Shown here: in pieces, positions 16,653 through 26,481 of the stretch
Layout of the letters: the number at the start of each line of letters is the position of its first letter
Numbering within the stretch: position 1 is the first letter of the stretch
From: a virus
IMG/VR virus record: IMGVR_UViG_3300038468_000170
Span: 1 to 64,000 of that record
Strand: one strand, 5' to 3'
Length of the DNA: 64,000 nt
The notes under the pieces: model-generated
The model's input: the letters and a program-made list of their open reading frames with translations, nothing else
Database searches by the model: none
Told to the model about the DNA's origin: nothing
Translations under genes and position numbers: made by a program

Positions 16653-17810
16653 ATGCGAACGTACGTCGTTCAGCCCGGAGACACACCGGCCGGCATCGCT
16701 GCTCGTCCGGACATGGCGGGCTGTCCAAAATGTTCGATTGACATCATAAAATCGAATCCTCACAAGCCGACCGTAGTTCACCCGAATGGCTTCGTTACCT
16801 TCCAAGATCTGCGCGAAGGCGAGAAACTCAATCTTCCCGACAAGTGGTTCGACGGCTCCCTCGACGATCGCCCTCGCGCGTACTTCGCGGCACTCCCCTA
16901 TCACGACGGCGTGACTCCGTCGACGCTCGGAGACCTCGCCTCAGGAGTGCTCGGTGACTATGCGTCACTCGATGCCGCCTCCGCGCAAATCGGAGCTCTC
17001 TCCGCGATGGGGGCACAAGAGTTCAGCGACAACGTGGGCGCTACGTGTGACCTCCTCGAAGCGTCAGTGCGAGAAGCGTACGGAAACACGAGTAAGCCAG
17101 CGGCAGCGGGGCCCGCCCAGGACGTGCATGCCTCGACGTATTGGGTTCGACAGCGAAACCAAGACTTGAAGGCCGCAATCGCCGCCGGGGACGGCTCGGA
17201 CTATCAGGTGCGGCAGAGCATCCTCCAAGTTCTTTCTTCGGGGCTCGGTAGCGCAAGGCTCGCGCTGAAAGAGTTCTATGGAAGCACGCCCACGCCCGCG
17301 ACAGGAGGCGCCTTCCCGGAGACCGTAACGACCGCGGCGCAGGCGGTCGCTTCCGCCATCGCAGCAGATCCGAACTACTGCACGTCGGTCGCGCATCCTG
17401 GGAGCCCCGTCAATTCGGCGGTGCACGTGTTCAAAACGGCATGGAACGCCTCCGAGAGCCCTAAAGTGCCGATCGGCACCAGCAGCTACGAGCAGGAAAC
17501 CGCTGGCGCGCTCGCGCGCGTGCTCGGCACCGCTCCCTCGGCGTGCGCGGCTCGCGTACCTACTTTGCCGTCTTCACCTCCAATCGGTCCGTCGCAACCG
17601 ATCATCGTGCCTCCGGAGGAAAAAGGACTGAGCTTCGGTACCGTTCTCGGTCTTGGGTTGCTCGGGGCCGGTGCAGTAGGTGGTGCGATCTATCTCGCCA
17701 CGAAACAGGAACCGATCCGAGCGCGTCGCGTGCGTCGAGTGAGGCCAGTTCGAAGGCGTCGACCCGATCCGACGTTTTATTACAACCCCGACGATGGAGA
17801 GCTTCCGTGA
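16653..17810 (+). CDS. LysM-domain tail-anchored membrane protein
   Basis: YVVQPGDTPAGIA...NP...LREGEKLNLP; C-terminal TM and Arg-rich tail. Confidence 0.8.
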   Translation: MRTYVVQPGDTPAGIAARPDMAGCPKCSIDIIKSNPHKPTVVHPNGFVTFQDLREGEKLNLPDKWFDGSLDDRPRAYFAALPYHDGVTPSTLGDLASGVLGDYASLDAASAQIGALSAMGAQEFSDNVGATCDLLEASVREAYGNTSKPAAAGPAQDVHASTYWVRQRNQDLKAAIAAGDGSDYQVRQSILQVLSSGLGSARLALKEFYGSTPTPATGGAFPETVTTAAQAVASAIAADPNYCTSVAHPGSPVNSAVHVFKTAWNASESPKVPIGTSSYEQETAGALARVLGTAPSACAARVPTLPSSPPIGPSQPIIVPPEEKGLSFGTVLGLGLLGAGAVGGAIYLATKQEPIRARRVRRVRPVRRRRPDPTFYYNPDDGELP

Positions 17811-18466
17811 TCGAAAAGCCAGTAGCCGGCGTACAGACGGACACGCGCCCGCACCCCGCAGGTAAAAAGGGAGCCCGACTGTCACTGAAAGAGGTCGCGG
17901 AGCGTGCATGGAAAGCACGGATGAGTCCGCGCCTTCGCGCATGGGTCACGCAACGCCTTGCCGATGCCGGAGTATCGACCGGTGGCCGCCGCCAAAAAGC
18001 GGAAGCGATCCTCGAAGCCTTCCGAAAGAAGGTACCGTACGTCGCCGATCCTTTGATGGGCGAGTTCATGGAAACGCCGGATCAGACGCTCTGCCTCGAT
18101 GAAGGCGGACTTTGTTTCATTGGTACGGATTGCGATGGCGCATCCATTACGCTTGCCGCTGCGGTCATGTCGATCGGCATTCCAGCTATGATCATCGGCA
18201 GCTCCCATAAGGAGCCGTACGATTTGCCGACGCATGTGTTCATGGCGTTCGAAGACGACATGAACGATTGGGTGAAAATGGACGGCACGACGAAGTTGCC
18301 CGTCGGTCGTGTTCCTCCGCATGCGCGTGAGTGGTGGGTCGAGCCCGGCGCCAAAGCGAAAGAGCTCGGTGAGGGCGACTTCGTCGGCATGAGCGGCGCG
18401 GAGCAATCGGGAGCGCTCGAGGGGCCTCCAAGCGTGCTCGATTTTCTCTATCCGACGATCCGGTAG
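17807..18466 (+). CDS. Transglutaminase-like cysteine protease/crosslinker
   Basis: DCDG...THVF...MDGT catalytic-triad pattern. Confidence 0.75.
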   Translation: MIEKPVAGVQTDTRPHPAGKKGARLSLKEVAERAWKARMSPRLRAWVTQRLADAGVSTGGRRQKAEAILEAFRKKVPYVADPLMGEFMETPDQTLCLDEGGLCFIGTDCDGASITLAAAVMSIGIPAMIIGSSHKEPYDLPTHVFMAFEDDMNDWVKMDGTTKLPVGRVPPHAREWWVEPGAKAKELGEGDFVGMSGAEQSGALEGPPSVLDFLYPTIR

Positions 18467-18716
18467 TGACACGATCGTGAAACGATCGTTGAACGCTTAC
18501 TGCGTCTCATCGCTGGCGTCTTGATTGCCGATCTGGCGCGGTAAGCGCGCAACGACCGAGTCGCGTAAACAGGCGATTCGGTTTCGATTTTTGATGTCGC
18601 AAATCGTGACGAACAGGGGCTCCCGGCAAAACCTAATCACGCTCTCTGTTCTGTCTAGTTGCGCTTCGTCTTGACCGAACAAAATCACGCTGAAAGCCTG
18701 TTGTCCGAACCGTGAC

Positions 18717-20444
18717 ATGGGCGGCCTTTACGACGATCGGCTGGCAGATCTCAGCGAACCTCGACGCACTCGTCGATTCGCCGGGCGCCCCGATCCGCGT
18801 CGTTCCCCAATCGAACGCCCGTATCCGGCGCCTCGCCGGCCCGTCGCGCCGACGCCTCCTCGAAGCGTCGCTCGAGAGGCGAAGCGCCCGCCGATGTCCG
18901 TGCAGTCGCTCCTCTTCAGTCGCGACGCCTGGACGACGAGCAAAGCCAAGGCGTGGGCGAAGTCTCACGGCTACCGGTACGGGAAGGTGGACGTCACCGA
19001 CCAGTACATTCGCATCCGTCAATTCGACCCGAAGGGTCTCAAAATCAAACGGACCATCACGCTCGGCCGGGGCATCCGCGCCGTAGTCGCAAGGGAAGAC
19101 AAACGAATGGCAAAAGCAACCGAAGCCCGTCGACGCCGCCGTCCCAGCAAGAAGACCGCCGCACGCAAGCGCCCCCGCAGGAAGCGCGCTCGTGAGGCAG
19201 TGGCGGAGACGCGAAGACGTCCTCGTCGCAAGCGTCGGGCAGCGCGTGCGGAAGCACCGCGGCGTCGACGTCGTGCCGCTCCCATGGTGATGGAGACGAA
19301 GCATCGGCGGCGTCGTCCGCGGCGTCGGGTCGCGCGCGAGGCATGGCGCGGCAATCGTGGCGGTCACGCGACCGCAGCAAAGAAAGGCTGGCGTCGGCGG
19401 AGGCGTGCAGCGGGGAGCGCGCCGCCTCGTAGGCGTCGGCGTCGGGTGCGTGAGGCGGTCGTGGCGGAGACACGCCGACATCGGCGCACTCGTCGGCGCA
19501 GCCGTCGGACGCGCGAAAGCACGTACGCGACGGAGACGAGGCGTCATCGTCGCGGCCGTCGCCGAACGCACGAAGCGGCGCGTGGCGGCGGCATGGGCCT
19601 CGCCGAGTTCGGCGTCGCGATCCTCTCCGGAGGCGTGGGCTTCATTCTGGCCGATGGTCTCGATCGCTTCCTAGCGACGTACGACCCGGCCGCTGCCGAA
19701 AAGCCGACGGACAAGTTCACGAGCGACGGCGCAGGCACGCTCGCGAACACACTCAACGTCGCATCGCGTCCGGGTCTTCTCCGGCTCGGAGTCGGAGCGG
19801 GCATGGTGATCGCACCGGCGGTCGGCGCGGCGTACACCGACGGGATGTTCCGGAGCTCGCTCGAGGGCATGACTCTCGGCACGGGCATCTCGTTCTTCAA
19901 GACGCTGTGGAACAGCTTCTTGATGCCCCTCCTCATCGGGAAGGACACCAGCGAGCCGACGCTCAAGAAGAGCTTCATTGCGAGGCTCTACCCGAGCGAG
20001 GTCGCGGCCGCGATCAACCTGCAACAGAAGCAGACCGCGGTCTCGAGCAGTGGCTCCGGCGCTCTCTCCGGTGCGCCTGCTCAGACTGGCGTCGGCGCCG
20101 ACGTCGGTCCGTTCGCGCTCGCTGCCGATTCACCGTATCCCGATGCGGCGGCGGCGCTGCGGCAGCAGGCCGGCGTGCAGGACTACCCCACCGTGCAAAA
20201 CACGTGGGGGACCGGCGGACCTGGCAACAACTACCCGACCGCCGCACAGGCGATGGGTACCGGTGCCGATCCGTCGGCGTCGGCCGGCATCCCGTACGAA
20301 CCGGGACCTCCCGCGGGCCCCGGACCTGGACCGCAGGCGAGACCGCACACGGATCCCGCGTGCGGATGCATCGGTGCCACGGACATGTACGCCACCTTCC
20401 TCGGTGACGCCGAGGAGACGGATCTGTCGATCAACCTGAACTGA
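18717..20444 (+). CDS. Arg-rich (protamine-like) membrane-anchored putative core protein; start may be 18894 or 19107
   Basis: Repeated (V/A)ETRRxRRxRRR blocks, then hydrophobic helices; lies directly upstream of the candidate capsid gene. Confidence 0.65.
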   Translation: MGGLYDDRLADLSEPRRTRRFAGRPDPRRSPIERPYPAPRRPVAPTPPRSVAREAKRPPMSVQSLLFSRDAWTTSKAKAWAKSHGYRYGKVDVTDQYIRIRQFDPKGLKIKRTITLGRGIRAVVAREDKRMAKATEARRRRRPSKKTAARKRPRRKRAREAVAETRRRPRRKRRAARAEAPRRRRRAAPMVMETKHRRRRPRRRVAREAWRGNRGGHATAAKKGWRRRRRAAGSAPPRRRRRRVREAVVAETRRHRRTRRRSRRTRESTYATETRRHRRGRRRTHEAARGGGMGLAEFGVAILSGGVGFILADGLDRFLATYDPAAAEKPTDKFTSDGAGTLANTLNVASRPGLLRLGVGAGMVIAPAVGAAYTDGMFRSSLEGMTLGTGISFFKTLWNSFLMPLLIGKDTSEPTLKKSFIARLYPSEVAAAINLQQKQTAVSSSGSGALSGAPAQTGVGADVGPFALAADSPYPDAAAALRQQAGVQDYPTVQNTWGTGGPGNNYPTAAQAMGTGADPSASAGIPYEPGPPAGPGPGPQARPHTDPACGCIGATDMYATFLGDAEETDLSINLN

Positions 20445-20550
20445 TCCGATCCCCAGTACACCTCGCCCCGGTAGGCTTCGAGCCCCGGGGTTGAGGTGTC
20501 GAAGGACTCACCCGCGTCGGCCCAAGAAACGGCGGGTAATGGAGTGAAAA

Positions 20551-21885
20551 ATGGCAAAGAGCAACAGCAGCAGAAGCATCACCGGCAGGAAGATCTACAA
20601 TTTCGAGCGGGAGAAGGGGAAGGTCCAGCGCATGCAGTTCGGCCTCGGCGCAACGCCGGGCGACCTCGGCGCTGCGCAGAAGTGCATCAAGTGCAGCTTC
20701 GGCAACATCCCCGTCATCGAAGAGGTCGTGTGGACGATCCCTCTGCCGCTCACGGCTGAAGAGGCGCTCGCGACTCTCGGAGACACCGTCAATCTGCTCT
20801 CGGGTAGCTCCAGCGTGCCCGGTGTCGCGTCGATCGATTCGACGTTCCTCATCAACGGCATCCTCCAGACGGACATCCTCGCGCAGGGCGTGGGCGTGCA
20901 CATCTTCTGCGAGCCGATGTCGTTCTCTACGATCGGCAACTCCTTCGCGGCTCCGGCGACGACTGAGGTTCCCCCTCCTTCTCCGGACGTGTTCACGGAC
21001 AACGACTTGTTCAACGGAGCGCTTGGCGGTCAGTTCGCTGGTGCCACCCCGACGAGTGACACTCCGCCGACTCCGGCGGTGTTCGAGTTCGGCGCGGCCG
21101 TTTGGCGCGCGGGCTGGAACTTCATCAACGCATACCAGTTCCAGTGGAAGACCTCGCAACGTGAACTCGTGTTGAACGAGCTCGCGTCGGACGTCTCCTA
21201 CTTCGGCTCCTTCGCGGACGCCGAAGCGAGCGGTACGAGCGAGGTGCCCATCATCGAGTTCGTCGCTGCGGTGAACGCGACTTACCGCTCGAAGGGATCG
21301 GCAACGATCTTCCTGCCGGTTTCCTTCCGGCGTGTCGGTTCGGTGAACAGCACGAGCGCGACCAACAACGTCGGTGTTTTCCATCCGACGCGCGACTTCG
21401 ATCTTGCTCCGGTCACCTGGGGCGGCCTCCGGTGGCAGGGCTACGGATGCCGTGGCCAGATGTACCGGCCGATCGAGAGCCCCTGCTTCCTCGAGCGCGG
21501 CATCCCCATCGGCATGCTGTTCACCGTGCAGGACGCCGTTCACCAGGCGCTCATGCTCGAGGCAGTCACGATCAACAACGAGCCTCTCGGCAGCAACATC
21601 TCGCCGGACACGAACTTCTCGTGCGCGTCTCAGGTGGGACCTGCCGCCGGGAACGGAGTTCCGACTGCGGGAGCCATCGCCTCCGGAGCGAACAACGTCA
21701 TGCTGGAGCAGACGCTCGACACGACTCCGGTGCTCGTGCAGCAGTCGGTCAACGTTTGCCGAGAGGTCTTCAAGGGCGGCATCCTGAAGATCGGCATCAA
21801 GATCAAGGGCTGGGAAATGCCCGGAGGCTGGAAGGCGTACTGCGAGACCAACATGCCGCAGCTCATGGGTCCTCGGACGGCCTGA
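20551..21885 (+). CDS. Candidate major capsid protein (beta-rich, possibly jelly-roll)
   Basis: 444 aa, strong codon bias, GGAG RBS, no TM helix, followed by a strong hairpin; position in the virion module. Fold unverified. Confidence 0.5.
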   Translation: MAKSNSSRSITGRKIYNFEREKGKVQRMQFGLGATPGDLGAAQKCIKCSFGNIPVIEEVVWTIPLPLTAEEALATLGDTVNLLSGSSSVPGVASIDSTFLINGILQTDILAQGVGVHIFCEPMSFSTIGNSFAAPATTEVPPPSPDVFTDNDLFNGALGGQFAGATPTSDTPPTPAVFEFGAAVWRAGWNFINAYQFQWKTSQRELVLNELASDVSYFGSFADAEASGTSEVPIIEFVAAVNATYRSKGSATIFLPVSFRRVGSVNSTSATNNVGVFHPTRDFDLAPVTWGGLRWQGYGCRGQMYRPIESPCFLERGIPIGMLFTVQDAVHQALMLEAVTINNEPLGSNISPDTNFSCASQVGPAAGNGVPTAGAIASGANNVMLEQTLDTTPVLVQQSVNVCREVFKGGILKIGIKIKGWEMPGGWKAYCETNMPQLMGPRTA

Positions 21886-21915
21886 TCTCCCGCACACCGA
21901 AGAGTTGAAACAGCC

Positions 21916-21954
21916 ACGAGCGGCGCAGGCGAAAAACAGCGCCGCGCCGCTCGT
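21916..21954 (+). terminator. Stem-loop after candidate MCP
   Basis: ACGAGCGGCGC...GCGCCGCTCGT followed by AGCGTTTT. Confidence 0.55.
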
Positions 21955-21979
21955 AGCGTTTTAGGGAAGAAGAACGCAC

Positions 21980-22582
21980 ATGCAGCCCAAAACATACGAC
22001 GTCCGCTCGCTCGCTTTGTGGGCCCCGAAGACTGCCTACGGAATGGTAGTCGGCGTTCCGCGCGTGCCGTTCGTCGCGGACATCCCAATCCAGTTCTCCT
22101 CGAGCACTGTGAACGCTCCGCCTGTCGTACAGAACCTCCAGAACAACCTGACGCAGGACACAGTCATCGAGCGCGTCTCCTTCAATCTGTTCCAGCAAAA
22201 CAGCTTCCCCGGATCTCCGTTCCAGAGTCTCTATTTCAACCAACTGAAGCAGAGCGGACAGACCGGAGTCGGCGTGCAGATGGCTGTCTACGGTGGCCCG
22301 AAGTACAATGTGAACGACGTCTTCACCGATCTCGGGAATCTGGCGGACGTGTTCGCAACGACATGGCCAGAGGGGTGGCCACTTCAAAAGCAGAGCAATG
22401 TGAAGATCAGTGCGATCCTCACGCAGACTCCAGTGAGCGTTCCGTTCAACGTCATCATCACCCTACTCGGGTGGCAGTTCCTTTCAAAGGAACTCGACGA
22501 TATGAGCGACACCGAAGCGCGTGACCGGTTGCGCAAGCTCGGCATCGAGACCCCGGACATCAGCATTCTGCTCAAACCGTGA
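21980..22582 (+). CDS. Putative minor/second capsid protein (beta-rich)
   Basis: Alternating hydrophobic strands; follows candidate MCP. Confidence 0.45.
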   Translation: MQPKTYDVRSLALWAPKTAYGMVVGVPRVPFVADIPIQFSSSTVNAPPVVQNLQNNLTQDTVIERVSFNLFQQNSFPGSPFQSLYFNQLKQSGQTGVGVQMAVYGGPKYNVNDVFTDLGNLADVFATTWPEGWPLQKQSNVKISAILTQTPVSVPFNVIITLLGWQFLSKELDDMSDTEARDRLRKLGIETPDISILLKP

Positions 22583-22587
22583 AGTGA

Positions 22588-23472
22588 ATGACCTCCCGCT
22601 CCGACAACGTGATCCCTCTCCAGCGCTACCCCGGCGGGGTCGCGCAAGGGATTCGTTCGGTCCTTGCGGGCGGTCGGTACGAGGTCGTCACCAACGGTCC
22701 GAACCCCGAGTTCGGGTTCATCGGAAGCGATCCCTACGACACGAACGCCTACACCGGGCTCGTCGTGCCCTCGACTCCGAGCTCTGCGATCGGGAACGCG
22801 CGCTACCTCTTCCTTCTTGCGCGCGCGAGCTTCAGCACCGGTGAGCAGAGTTCAGACCGTCTCGGTGTGCGTCTCGTCGGCATTCGGCAGTACGCCGAAC
22901 TCGTCGCGCGGATCCCCGCCGGCACGGATCCGCCGCTCAATCGCGAGTTCGGTCCTCCTGAAGGCAGCACGGTCACGTTTCACAAGGAGATCACGAGCCC
23001 GCTCTGGCATCCGCCGGACGGCAACATCTCCTGGCACGTGATGGTGATCAACAAGGTGCAGCGGGACACGAGAAACCCCGCCAACACCGACGGGTTCATC
23101 TACCAAGACTCGCTCTCTCCCGCGCTCCTCTACCAAGTGCCGGCGCCGTACGCGCCTCCGAACGGAGGGCGCCCGTGGGGGACGCCGCTCGCAGCGAGCC
23201 TCGGCAACATCCACGAGCTCCGGTACCACTGGCGCGCCGACAACAGCGAGTACGTTCTCGACATCCCGATACCGGTGCCGTGTGACGTCGCGCTCTTCGC
23301 GAGTGTTCGGCAGAACAACACCGACCTGAACCCAGTCCTCACCGATTGCATGGCATTCGGTGTGCTCTCTCCCGAGGATCAGTTCTTGGTCACGTACAAC
23401 AACTTCGCGCAGTACGGGACGATCGCGGGCGCGCTCGTGTTCGACCAGAACCTTGGGGAGGACGTACCGTGA
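22588..23472 (+). CDS. Putative virion structural protein
   Basis: Beta-rich, within the structural operon. Confidence 0.5.
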   Translation: MTSRSDNVIPLQRYPGGVAQGIRSVLAGGRYEVVTNGPNPEFGFIGSDPYDTNAYTGLVVPSTPSSAIGNARYLFLLARASFSTGEQSSDRLGVRLVGIRQYAELVARIPAGTDPPLNREFGPPEGSTVTFHKEITSPLWHPPDGNISWHVMVINKVQRDTRNPANTDGFIYQDSLSPALLYQVPAPYAPPNGGRPWGTPLAASLGNIHELRYHWRADNSEYVLDIPIPVPCDVALFASVRQNNTDLNPVLTDCMAFGVLSPEDQFLVTYNNFAQYGTIAGALVFDQNLGEDVP

Positions 23473-24167
23473 CACCCGCGCAAGCCTCAGGTCACCCGGA
23501 CTTCGTCACAGACGTTCCCGTTCAGGGTCCGACCGACGAGGGACTTCGCGCAGCAGACTGCCGCTTCGCTCAAGAACGATTACCGGCGCGCCCGGCGTGC
23601 GTCGATTGCAAAGGACCGATTCCCATGTGGGCACAAAGCAAAGGACTGCTCGGCGAGCACGTTTCGTTCGGAGGTAGAGGCGCCCTCGGCTTCGCTCTGA
23701 ATGCGGCGGGAGATCCCGAAGTCTGGACGAAGCTCTCGGCCGAACAGCAAGCGTGGGTCGTCGCGACGCTCACGACGTTGAACAACCTCATCTACCAGGC
23801 GACCGGTACCACGTGTCCCACCTGGGGACCTGCCATCACGGCCGCGGGCGGGTGCTTTCAGAACTGGTTCAACAAGAACGCGAAGCTCACGAAGCCTGAC
23901 GGATCTCCGCTCGTTCTTCGGACCGACGGCGTCTTCGATCAGGACACGCTGAACGCACTCACCACCATCGCCGCCATGGATCCGGGGCACTTCCAGAAAG
24001 CGTTCCCCCCGGGCGCGATCACTTCGGCAGCTCCGACGGAAGAGAAGAAGATCTCGACCGCAGGAATGGTCGGTATCGCTGCCGCCGTCGCTACGGTCGG
24101 GGGCGGAGTCGTCTACGCCGTCACGCGCGGCGGCAAACGCAAATCTCGTCGCAAGAGCAGGAGCTGA
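23469..24167 (+). CDS. Tail-anchored membrane protein with PG-binding-like segment
   Basis: LRTDGVFDQDTLNAL; EEKKIST-TM-KRKSRRK. Confidence 0.65.
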   Translation: MTPAQASGHPDFVTDVPVQGPTDEGLRAADCRFAQERLPARPACVDCKGPIPMWAQSKGLLGEHVSFGGRGALGFALNAAGDPEVWTKLSAEQQAWVVATLTTLNNLIYQATGTTCPTWGPAITAAGGCFQNWFNKNAKLTKPDGSPLVLRTDGVFDQDTLNALTTIAAMDPGHFQKAFPPGAITSAAPTEEKKISTAGMVGIAAAVATVGGGVVYAVTRGGKRKSRRKSRS

Positions 24168-24169
24168 TC

Positions 24170-25519
24170 ATGCAGTACCACCGAGTTCAGTACGGAGAGA
24201 GCCCGACGATGATCGCGCGCCGCTACGGCGTGTCGCTCGACCGGCTCGTTGCCGCGAATCCCCACAAACGCACCAAGATGGTCGCGAGCACTCGGACCTT
24301 CGAAGGGATCCGCCCCAACGAGGTGGTGCACGTGCCGGTCGGAGTTGGAGCCGTCGCTCCTGCCGATCCGAACGCGCCGCACGCGCAGATCAAGCAAGGA
24401 AGTCGCGGAGCCGACGTCGCGCTCTGGCAGACGATCATCGGCGTTACAGCGGACGGCATCTTCGGGCCGAATACCGCTCAGGCAACGAAAGCGTGGCAGA
24501 GCAGGCACGGCGTCGCTGCGGACGGCATCGTCGGTCCGAAGACATGGGCGGCGGCACTCGGCGGCGGAGCTCCGGCGCCTTCCGCGCCTATTTCCGTGAC
24601 TGCTCCGACTCCCGCGCCGTCTTCGGGACTTGCTGCGGCAGCCGCAGCGGCGCTCGCGGCACTCAGCGCTGACTCGAACTACTGCGTGAGCGTCGGTCGC
24701 GTAGGAACTCCGGTCAACACGACCGTCCACAACTTCAAGGCCGCGTGGAACTCTTCGAATCCGGGTAGCCCGGTTCCCATCGGCACCGGCAAATACGAGC
24801 CGGTCGTGGCGAATGCGCTCTCGTCGGCGCTCGGGGGGCAGACTGTTCCTCCGGGATGTGGTGCGGCCCCGGCAGCTCCGCCTCCGCCTGTCGCACCTCC
24901 TCCTCCCGTCGCGCCTCCGCCGGTCACGCCGCCGTCGGTGACGCCCGTCGCGCCGAGCGTCCCCAGTGCCCCCAGCGTGCCGAGCGCTGTGGGCGCGTTG
25001 ACGGTCATCGACCCGTGTGACCAGACGAACGTCAACATCGTCCGCCAGGCGCAAAGTGTCCTCGGCGTCACCGTCGACGGAAAGTACGGTCCGAACACGG
25101 CGGCTGCCGCGAAACGGCTCGTCCCGAGCGCTCCGGCCGCGTGCAGTCCGACTCCGTCGTGGTGGGGAGCGAAGGGCAGCGCACCGACGCCCCCGCCGAC
25201 CGCGCGTCCGCCGATCCCCTCGCCCGCGGCTCCGGTTCCCGCACCGACACCGGCCGCGCCTACCCCAGGAGTTCCCGCACCGGCCGCGCAGGCGCCTGCG
25301 GCCCTTGGTCCCGCACAACCCCCCGTCGTCGTCCCCGCAGAGAAGAAGATCTCGACCGGCGCAATCGTGGCCGGCGCTGTCGGCGCGGTGGCTCTCGTCA
25401 GCCTCGCTGCCGTCGCGATGTCGGGCAAGAAACCGGGGCATCGCGGCGGTCGTCGACCGGCGCACAAAGGTCCCTCGCGTCGCAAGAAGAAGTCCAAGCG
25501 CAGTTCAAGGAAGAGGTAA
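24170..25519 (+). CDS. LysM + peptidoglycan-binding domain tail-anchored protein
   Basis: HRVQYGESPTMIARRY (LysM); GSRGADVALWQ...DGIFGPNT...DGIVGPKT (PG_binding_1); C-terminal TM and basic tail. Confidence 0.85.
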   Translation: MQYHRVQYGESPTMIARRYGVSLDRLVAANPHKRTKMVASTRTFEGIRPNEVVHVPVGVGAVAPADPNAPHAQIKQGSRGADVALWQTIIGVTADGIFGPNTAQATKAWQSRHGVAADGIVGPKTWAAALGGGAPAPSAPISVTAPTPAPSSGLAAAAAAALAALSADSNYCVSVGRVGTPVNTTVHNFKAAWNSSNPGSPVPIGTGKYEPVVANALSSALGGQTVPPGCGAAPAAPPPPVAPPPPVAPPPVTPPSVTPVAPSVPSAPSVPSAVGALTVIDPCDQTNVNIVRQAQSVLGVTVDGKYGPNTAAAAKRLVPSAPAACSPTPSWWGAKGSAPTPPPTARPPIPSPAAPVPAPTPAAPTPGVPAPAAQAPAALGPAQPPVVVPAEKKISTGAIVAGAVGAVALVSLAAVAMSGKKPGHRGGRRPAHKGPSRRKKKSKRSSRKR

Positions 25520-25523
25520 TCCG

Positions 25524-25769
25524 ATGCGTGTCGTCATCACCCGGGCGACGCTCAAGCAGCATCGAGCTTGCAGCGACGCCTACATCTCTCCGGAATGGGA
25601 CGAGAAGGAAGACGCGATCGTGTTCCAAGATTGGGACAAGACAGTCGAACGACTTCTCGCAAAGCCCAACGGCGTCGGACTAGATCAGCTCGACTGGTAC
25701 ACGGCGCACAAGCTCGTGCCGATGACTCGAAGCGAATTCGAGGCGCTGAAAAAGAGGATGAGCAAATGA
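25524..25769 (+). CDS. Hypothetical protein
   Basis: GAGGT RBS. Confidence 0.6.
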   Translation: MRVVITRATLKQHRACSDAYISPEWDEKEDAIVFQDWDKTVERLLAKPNGVGLDQLDWYTAHKLVPMTRSEFEALKKRMSK

Positions 25770-26278
25770 CCGAATTTGTCGGCCGCACGGGGTCTAAACG
25801 AGTCTACTCGTACCCGGAAACCTCAAGGGCGGGGAGGCTGTCATCCCTTGCCAGAAACTTCGCGACCGGTCCGAAAATCAACACCGGTGTCGCCAGCGCT
25901 GGCACGCCAATCCCGTGGAACGCGATCGACGCTGGTGCCGTCACTCCGACACCGAATGTGCCGATCACGTGCCGATCGAGCGGTTTCGTACTGCTCGAGG
26001 GTGTCGTCGTGGTCGGTAACAGCGACATCACGGATCAGACCGTTTCCGTGCAAGTGCAGATCGACACGGTGACTCAACCGATACCGCTAGCAGATCAAGT
26101 CACAGTCCAAGCGGGCGCATTCGCATCGATTCCGGTGCTCGCTGAACTGATCGTCGCCGTCGGAACGACTGTCACCGTTCAGCTTTTCGTGTCGACCACG
26201 GCAGCCGATGGGCTCGTCACGCTGAGCCAGGAGTCGTCATCGCTCTCGCTGCAAGAGGTACCCCCTGCAACCGGTTGA
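25766..26278 (+). CDS. Beta-rich putative spike/decoration protein (divergent ETYP-like N-terminus)
   Basis: MTEFVGRTGSKRVYSYPE. Confidence 0.6.
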   Translation: MTEFVGRTGSKRVYSYPETSRAGRLSSLARNFATGPKINTGVASAGTPIPWNAIDAGAVTPTPNVPITCRSSGFVLLEGVVVVGNSDITDQTVSVQVQIDTVTQPIPLADQVTVQAGAFASIPVLAELIVAVGTTVTVQLFVSTTAADGLVTLSQESSSLSLQEVPPATG

Positions 26279-26289
26279 AGGAGACGATC

Positions 26290-26475
26290 ATGCCGAAGAT
26301 GATTCACGAGGAGCTCATGTGCTGCGGGTACAAGAGGTGCCCGACCGTCAAGGTGTTCGACGACGGAAGCATCGTGCTCTCCGATGATGACGCGGAAATC
26401 GGATCGGTCGGAACGATCAAGCTCCGCCCCGAAGCCGTCGCTCGTCTCGTCGAGCTGGCCGCCAAGAAGGAGTAG
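26290..26475 (+). CDS. Small hypothetical protein (CCxxxxC)
   Basis: GGAG RBS. Confidence 0.6.
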   Translation: MPKMIHEELMCCGYKRCPTVKVFDDGSIVLSDDDAEIGSVGTIKLRPEAVARLVELAAKKE

Positions 26476-26481
26476 TTTCGA

